This document shows, in pieces, positions 46,860-51,600 of a stretch of 51,600 nucleotides of DNA. The position numbers and the translations under genes were made by a program. This DNA is from Candidatus Omnitrophota bacterium (GTDB taxonomy: Bacteria; Omnitrophota; Omnitrophia; Omnitrophales; Aquincolibacteriaceae), in NCBI GenBank assembly GCA_019052695.1, contig JAHQRI010000002.1:1-51600 (forward strand), written 5' to 3'. Every line of letters starts with the position of its first letter. Within the stretch, counting starts at the first letter, position 1. The notes beneath the pieces are model-generated. The model did no database searches. It was given only the letters and a program-made list of their open reading frames with translations, and was not told where the DNA came from.

Positions 46860-48173
46860 TTGGCACCATCCAGGTTAGCGGGGATCCGTCTCGAAAGAAA
46901 AAAAGATGCCAGCCTTTTGAACTGGAATCTCAAGAAACTTTTCACCCCGAAACAAATTAACATTCCCTTGCGAAGGGATACCGCCCCCTGCGTTGAGGTC
47001 GGGGAGCGCGTGATCGCGGGGCAAAAGATCGGGGAGCCCGGGAGCCCGGACGGGGCCACGGTCCATGCGGGGCTCACGGGGACCGTTTCTCGCCTTGCTC
47101 CCCCCGCGTCCCGCGAAGGCGGTGAGCGCGGTTTCATCACGATACAAAAAGACCCTGATCCGAAACAGAACCCGATGACCTGGGAGATCCGCAAGGACTG
47201 GGAACGGATCCCCACGGAGGCGCTTTGCGGTATCTTCAAAAATTCGGGTCTTGTGACCACGGAAATAGCGGAAGAACCCATCCACGCAAAGGTGCGGAAA
47301 TGTCTCGGGACCCGGACTTTGATCGTCAACTGCTGCGAACCGGAACCCTATGTGACGTGTGAGCAGACCCTTTTGTTGACCCATCCCCTGGAGGTCCTGA
47401 AAGGCGCGGAATGCTTGAGAAAGGCGTTCGGTGCGGCGCGGCTCTTGTTTGCGTTCGAGAGCTGTGACCGCGAGATCGGGGAACTACTTAAAAGTAAGAT
47501 CTTTTTTTTAAAATGGGACCACACGGAAGTCCGTCCCGTGCCTGCGCTCTACCCACAAGGAACGGCGGCTCTTTTGAGCCGAAACCCCTCGTTCCTCGAA
47601 AAAGGCGCGAGACCGGCGGGGGTGCTCCCGGCCTCGACGGCTTTTGCCGCCTATGAAGCGGTTGCATGTCAGAAACCCTTCTATGAAAGGATTGTGACCG
47701 TCGGAGGCGAATGCGTGGTCGAGCCGCGAAGCCTATGGCTTCCCATCGGGACGACGTTCCGCGACGCCCTGCACGCCTGCAAAGGCGTCATGCGCGAACC
47801 GGAGACAGTGATCATGAACGGTCCGATGTCCGGGATCGCGCAAACGGACTTGAACGTACCTGTGACCGCGGGGACGGCGGCGGTGTTGGCGCTTCCCCGG
47901 GAAATTGCGAGGCGGGGGGCGGAAGAACCTTGCGTCCGCTGCAATCTTTGTGCGGATCATTGCCCCGCGGGGATCGCGCCCGGGAGGGTCACACTGGCGG
48001 CTGACCGGGGAGAATTTGAGCAGGCCCGCCTTTTCGGCGTGATGAGGTGCGTCGAATGCGGGAATTGCGGTTATGTCTGCCCATCCCAAAGGCCCATGCT
48101 CGAGAAGATCCGTAAGGCCAAGAAACGGGTCGAGATGTCCCTCAAAGAAAAGCAGGGAGCTGCCCATGACTGA
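46860..48173 (+). CDS. RnfC-like iron-sulfur subunit lacking an obvious NADH/FMN glycine-rich motif
   Basis: 437 aa (TTG start). It has an RnfC_N-like barrel (IPLRRDTAPCVEVGERVIAGQKIGEP...VHAGLTGTV) and LIVNCCEPEPYVTCE (compare NGAECEPYLT). Two ferredoxin motifs are present, CVRCNLCADHCP and CVECGNCGYVCP. Confidence 0.75.
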   Translation: MAPSRLAGIRLERKKDASLLNWNLKKLFTPKQINIPLRRDTAPCVEVGERVIAGQKIGEPGSPDGATVHAGLTGTVSRLAPPASREGGERGFITIQKDPDPKQNPMTWEIRKDWERIPTEALCGIFKNSGLVTTEIAEEPIHAKVRKCLGTRTLIVNCCEPEPYVTCEQTLLLTHPLEVLKGAECLRKAFGAARLLFAFESCDREIGELLKSKIFFLKWDHTEVRPVPALYPQGTAALLSRNPSFLEKGARPAGVLPASTAFAAYEAVACQKPFYERIVTVGGECVVEPRSLWLPIGTTFRDALHACKGVMREPETVIMNGPMSGIAQTDLNVPVTAGTAAVLALPREIARRGAEEPCVRCNLCADHCPAGIAPGRVTLAADRGEFEQARLFGVMRCVECGNCGYVCPSQRPMLEKIRKAKKRVEMSLKEKQGAAHD

Positions 48174-49017
48174 GGTCCAAGGTTTAACATTTACGGAAGC
48201 CCCTCATATTCACTCCCGGGGCACTGTCGCCAAAAGATTTTGGGGGCAGGGCGCAGCGCTTCTGCCGGTCGTCTTGGCCGGCGTTTACTTCGGGGGCGGA
48301 GAATTTTTGCGCGTACTTTTAGTGAGTCTTGTCAGTGCGATCGCGTTTGAATTCCTCGGGGCGAAACTTTTGGGGCGTAAGGACCGGGTCCAAAACGGGG
48401 AGGCGGTCTTGATCGCCGGGTTGATCGCTGTGCTTATGCCGCCCCGGAGTTCCCCGGAAATGGTCCTACTTTCGACGTTCCTGGCTGTGTTCGTCGCTAA
48501 GGAACTTTGCGGCGGCATGGGAGAGTACCTTTTCCATCCCGTGCTGCTCGCTTTTGTTTTTTTGGAAGGGATATTCCCTGCTGCCGCGGAAGAGCCGCTC
48601 GTTTTTAGCGGCGGGGTCTGGTCATTTGCGGCGGTCACCTCCGGGGGGCTGCTTTTGGTGAGACAACGGTTGGGTTATCGGGAAGCGCCGGTGCTTTTCG
48701 CGGGGCTTTCGTTTCTTCTTTTGACGATTTTGGGGCGATGGGGATCCGATCCCTGGCGGGTTGCCGTAACGGTTTTGTTTCCAGCCTTTTTTTTGTTGGC
48801 CGATCCTGTCCCGATGCCAATGACCCGTCGGGGGACGCGGTGGTTCGCGGCGGGAGCCGCCCTGCTCGGCGTGATCGGGAGCCCGGCGGGGTATACAATC
48901 GCTGGGGCGGGATTTGCGATCCTCCTGATGGGCCTCATGGCTCCATGGTTGGATCTTTGGTTCCGGCCTGGTCCTGCCGAAGAGGACGAAAAAGGATCTG
49001 AAGGAGGCCCCCCGTGA
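48166..49017 (+). CDS. RnfD/NqrB-family membrane subunit, short form (283 aa)
   Basis: ORF trimmed to the ATG at 48166, overlapping the rnfC-like end by 8 nt. By eye it aligns with E. coli RsxD at APHIHS, AKELCGGMGEYLFHP and FFLLADPVP, but it is missing the central periplasmic loop. Confidence 0.7.
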   Translation: MTEVQGLTFTEAPHIHSRGTVAKRFWGQGAALLPVVLAGVYFGGGEFLRVLLVSLVSAIAFEFLGAKLLGRKDRVQNGEAVLIAGLIAVLMPPRSSPEMVLLSTFLAVFVAKELCGGMGEYLFHPVLLAFVFLEGIFPAAAEEPLVFSGGVWSFAAVTSGGLLLVRQRLGYREAPVLFAGLSFLLLTILGRWGSDPWRVAVTVLFPAFFLLADPVPMPMTRRGTRWFAAGAALLGVIGSPAGYTIAGAGFAILLMGLMAPWLDLWFRPGPAEEDEKGSEGGPP

Positions 49018-49160
49018 ACTTCAAAAAAGCCGTTTTGACCGTTTCGAGAACGATCTGGCTGGTGCTTTTTGTGGCCGGATTATGGGGGGTTCTTTATTGG
49101 GTTCAAAAAGCGGATGAAACAGGGTCCCTGAATTCCGTTGTTGAGGAAGCCAAGCTGTGA
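49014..49160 (+). CDS. 48-aa single-pass membrane protein in the RnfG position (no FMN-binding domain)
   Basis: Hand translation from the GTG at 49014, which has SD aaggagg 7 nt upstream and a GTGA overlap with the preceding stop. It reads VNFKKAVLTVSRTIWLVLFVAGLWGVLYWVQKADETGSLNSVVEEAKL*, and its stop overlaps the next GTG (GTGA). It is below the ORF-track size cut-off. Confidence 0.5.
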   Translation: MNFKKAVLTVSRTIWLVLFVAGLWGVLYWVQKADETGSLNSVVEEAKL

Positions 49161-49678
49161 GACTGCCCGAAACCTTTTTTTCAAGAAGTGTCCTCGCTTA
49201 CCTGCCGCTGACGGTCTATGGCTTTGGCTTGGAAGGCGTTTGCCAGATCGCGATCTGGGTGACGGCAGTCTCGTGGGTGTCTTTGCTTTTTTTTTGGTTC
49301 ACACGGCGGCTTTTCCCGGCAGCGGCCCTCAAGCCGGCCTTTTTCCTTTGGTTGCTCGTTTGGGGGCAGGTTGTGTGGACTTTGATGGAGCTTCAGCCCG
49401 TGTGGGTGGTCAGCGTTTTTTTCCTGACACCATTCTCCTTCTTAGAAAAAGACACCCGGTCGAGCCGCATTCCTGTTTTTTCGAAGGAAGTGCCCCGTTA
49501 TTTCGGGGAGAGGGCCCTCGCCGGGGTGGGGTTCGTGGGTTTCGTCCTTTTGATCGCGGGAGCCCAGAAGGGACTGGAGCTTTGCGGGCGGGGAGACCCC
49601 TTCCAACGGCCTTCCGTTGTTTTTCTTTTGATCGCCTTTGTGGCCCTTTTGTGGAAGAACCAACCCCTGAGGAGGTGA
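49157..49678 (+). CDS. Polytopic membrane protein in the RnfE position (weak Rnf-Nqr family resemblance)
   Basis: 173 aa with 5-6 hydrophobic helices. The C-terminal half (ERALAGVGFVGFVLLIAGAQKGLE ... VVFLLIAFVALLW) loosely resembles RnfE/NqrD. It is translationally coupled to the upstream ORF. Confidence 0.55.
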   Translation: MRLPETFFSRSVLAYLPLTVYGFGLEGVCQIAIWVTAVSWVSLLFFWFTRRLFPAAALKPAFFLWLLVWGQVVWTLMELQPVWVVSVFFLTPFSFLEKDTRSSRIPVFSKEVPRYFGERALAGVGFVGFVLLIAGAQKGLELCGRGDPFQRPSVVFLLIAFVALLWKNQPLRR

Positions 49679-49682
49679 TCGC

Positions 49683-50192
49683 GTGTCAATCGTGGTGATC
49701 CTTATCGTCGGGTTTTTGCTCGCCATCCGCGGGTCACAGCAATCTTTCTCCCGGCAGCCGGTGCCGTCCTTTTTCAGGATATGGAGGGAAGCCACGGACC
49801 TCTTCCTGACCCTCGGGCTGGTCGCGTCACTTTTTGCCGCGGCCTCGAGCTATGAGGAAGCGGCCGCCCTGATCCAGCGGAATTCTTTTCTTGGGGTCGG
49901 GGTGACCGTTTATCTCCTTACGCGTTATCAGAAAAAGACCGATACCTTCTTTATCGTAGCGACTTTGCTGGCCATCCCCGGGGTGACTGTTCGGGAGGGC
50001 CCGCTATACGCCCTCTCATGGGCGTGGGCCGCAAGTGTGGGGGTCGCGCTTTTCCAAACCGCTTTTCTCGGCCTGAGGCACAAGCTTCTTTTTTCCGATG
50101 TCCCTGGCCCTGTCCGGGGATGGCCCCTCATGTGTCTTTTGGCGTCTTTTATTTGTCTTCTTTTGGAAAGGGTCGGAAGCTATGTTTTCTAA
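49683..50192 (+). CDS. RnfA/NqrE-like polytopic membrane protein
   Basis: 169 aa. The C-terminus LGLRHKLLFSDVPGPVRGWPLMCLLASFICLLL closely parallels E. coli RsxA [31 protein letters not shown]. Confidence 0.65.
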   Translation: MSIVVILIVGFLLAIRGSQQSFSRQPVPSFFRIWREATDLFLTLGLVASLFAAASSYEEAAALIQRNSFLGVGVTVYLLTRYQKKTDTFFIVATLLAIPGVTVREGPLYALSWAWAASVGVALFQTAFLGLRHKLLFSDVPGPVRGWPLMCLLASFICLLLERVGSYVF

Positions 50193-50266
50193 AGGTTTCT
50201 TCCCGACGGGCCGAATATAGTGCGAGAGGCCCGGTGTTTTTTCCCGTCACAACCGAAGGGAGTTAC

Positions 50267-51343
50267 ATGGATTTAGAAGAGATCTTAACAGGAGCGGTGA
50301 CGAAAGAGGCCTCCGACATTCACATCACCCCAGGGAGACCCGTCACGTACCGGTTGGTCGGCGATCTCGTATCGATCGGAAGCCAGGTCCTGACGCCCCA
50401 AGACACAGAGTCCTTTTCCAAACAGATCACAACGGAAGCCCAACGAAAGAAGATCGAAGAGGTCGGCGGGATCGATTTTGGGTTCTCCTTCAAAGACAAA
50501 GCGCGCTTCCGCGTTTCTTGTTTCAAGTCGCAGGGACACTACGCCTGTGTTCTGCGCCTCCTTCCGTCCAAATTTTATAACTTCAAAGATATCGGATTGC
50601 CGCCCCAGCTGATCGAGGTCCTCAACCTCCCCCGGGGTCTGGTACTCGTGACGGGACCTACCGGATCCGGTAAAACGACGACGCTGGCGACCATGCTGAA
50701 CTATATCAATGAAACCTTCCCCAAGCATATTATCACCGCGGAAGACCCGATCGAGTTTGTCCACAGCCACAAACAGGGGGTCATCACGCAACGCGAAGTA
50801 GGGGACGATGTTCCGACATTTTCAGAAGCCATCGTAAAATCATTGCGCCAGGACCCCGATGTGATCCTGATCGGGGAAATGCGCGATCTCATGACGATGG
50901 AATCCGCCATTCGCGCCGCCGAAACCGGTCACTTGGTGTTCTCGACCCTTCACACGACCGGCGCGGCCCGGACCGTGGATCGTATCATTGACGTTTTTCC
51001 TTCACATCAACAGGCCCAGATCCGGGTCCAGTTGGCCTCGACGATCGTCGCCGTCATTTCCCAGGTCCTTCTTCCGCGCATGGACGGGAAAGGACGGGTG
51101 GCTGCTTTTGAGATCATGTTTGCGACCCCCGCCATTCGGAACCTCATCCGCGAGGGCAAGACCTATCAGATCCTCTCGGAGATCCAAACGGGTTCGCGTT
51201 ACGGCATGATCATGCTGGACGATTACTTGAAACAGCTCTATTCCCAAGGGATGATCAGTCTCGACGCGGCTCAGGAAGTGGCGATCGAACCGAAAGAACT
51301 TATGCTCGCCCTTTCTAAAATACAGCCCGCCGGAAAAAAGTAG
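50267..51343 (+). CDS. pilT: Type IV pilus retraction ATPase PilT
   Basis: ORF trimmed to the ATG at 50267 (MDLEEIL...ASDIHI). Walker A is GPTGSGKTTTLA, the Asp box is AEDPIEF, Walker B is VILIGEMRD, and the His box is GHLVFSTLHT. The PilT-specific AIRNLIREGK motif is present. Confidence 0.9.
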   Translation: MDLEEILTGAVTKEASDIHITPGRPVTYRLVGDLVSIGSQVLTPQDTESFSKQITTEAQRKKIEEVGGIDFGFSFKDKARFRVSCFKSQGHYACVLRLLPSKFYNFKDIGLPPQLIEVLNLPRGLVLVTGPTGSGKTTTLATMLNYINETFPKHIITAEDPIEFVHSHKQGVITQREVGDDVPTFSEAIVKSLRQDPDVILIGEMRDLMTMESAIRAAETGHLVFSTLHTTGAARTVDRIIDVFPSHQQAQIRVQLASTIVAVISQVLLPRMDGKGRVAAFEIMFATPAIRNLIREGKTYQILSEIQTGSRYGMIMLDDYLKQLYSQGMISLDAAQEVAIEPKELMLALSKIQPAGKK

Positions 51344-51345
51344 GG

Positions 51346-51366
51346 GCTCCTCGGGGAGGGAGGAGC
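51346..51366 (+). terminator. Weak hairpin after pilT (gctcctc-ggggagg-gaggagc), followed by an A-rich rather than U-rich tract
   Basis: A 7-bp perfect stem read from the sequence. The lack of a U-run makes it a poor intrinsic terminator on the plus strand. Confidence 0.25.
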
Positions 51367-51376
51367 AAATAAAAAC

Positions 51377-51405
51377 TTGACCTCTTAAGGGGGCTTCGTT
51401 ATGCT
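51377..51405 (+). promoter_or_regulatory. Putative promoter TTGACC - 17 nt - TATGCT
   Basis: aaacTTGACCtcttaagggggcttcgtTATGCTatg. It lies about 145 nt upstream of the next ATG (51551). Confidence 0.4.
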
Positions 51406-51550
51406 ATGCCCGCCTTCGAGCAGGGAAGGCCAACGGAAGCTCCGCTTGAGAAAGACCGAAATCCAACTCCATAACCTTAGCTGACCGCGCCTGTTTCTTT
51501 CCGAGTGTTTCTTAAGTAGCCCAGAGGAAGATCGTTAACTCAATCTTATA

Positions 51551-51600
51551 ATGAAAAACGCGACCCCGAAAAAACCCCAGGGGGAGACGCTGTTCCTGAT
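51551..51600 (+). CDS. Start of an unidentified ORF (MKNATPKKPQGETLFL...), truncated by the window end
   Basis: An ATG at 51551 is open to the window end. It is too short to classify. Confidence 0.25.
   Translation, partial: MKNATPKKPQGETLFL

Overview
This window is the replication-origin neighbourhood of a moderately GC-rich bacterium, with no rRNA, CRISPR array, transposase or integrase. No taxon can be asserted without a database search.

**Core.** serS, gyrA, gyrB, a DUF721/DciA-like gene, dnaN and dnaA lie on the minus strand. After an AT-rich spacer, rpmH, rnpA, yidD, yidC, mnmG, two parS sites, parA and parB follow on the plus strand. Gene orientation flips at the dnaA/rpmH spacer. 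A perfect DnaA box overlaps the dnaA GTG start. recF and rsmG are absent from their usual positions.

**Left arm.**
- A prepilin-like ORF (partial), a TPR protein and a Cache/PAS histidine kinase are chained by overlapping stop and start codons.
- A membrane-anchored protein with a Cys-His-Asp (NAT/transglutaminase-like) motif pattern.
- tRNA-Ser(GCU), followed by a 102-bp near-perfect direct repeat that re-copies the tRNA 3' end.
- A sulfatase-superfamily gene and a GT-C (ArnT/PMT-like) transferase.
- A seven-gene minus-strand operon carrying the complete GDP-D-glycero-alpha-D-manno-heptose pathway (GmhA, HddA, GmhB, HddC activities) plus a methyltransferase, an SDR::GmhB fusion, a GT2 and a transaldolase.
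- A beta-carbonic-anhydrase-like gene and tRNA-Ser(GGA).

**Right arm.**
- A lipoprotein sugar-binding protein, a GH94 phosphorylase, a GH144/DUF3131-like glucanase and a ROK regulator.
- A biotin operon, bioB-[fabG-like]-[fabF-like]-bioF-bioA-bioD, with no known pimelate gene.
- A translationally coupled, stripped-down Rnf-like operon (C, D, a 48-aa G remnant, E-like, A-like). By eye it has lost most cofactor motifs.
- pilT.

**Best candidates for new biology.** These are the cofactor-poor mini-Rnf module, the FAS-like genes embedded in the bio operon, the heptose + GT2 + GT-C glycosylation logic, and the tRNA-Ser repeat scar.

All calls rest on reading the sequence and ORF translations by eye. 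No searches or computations were run.
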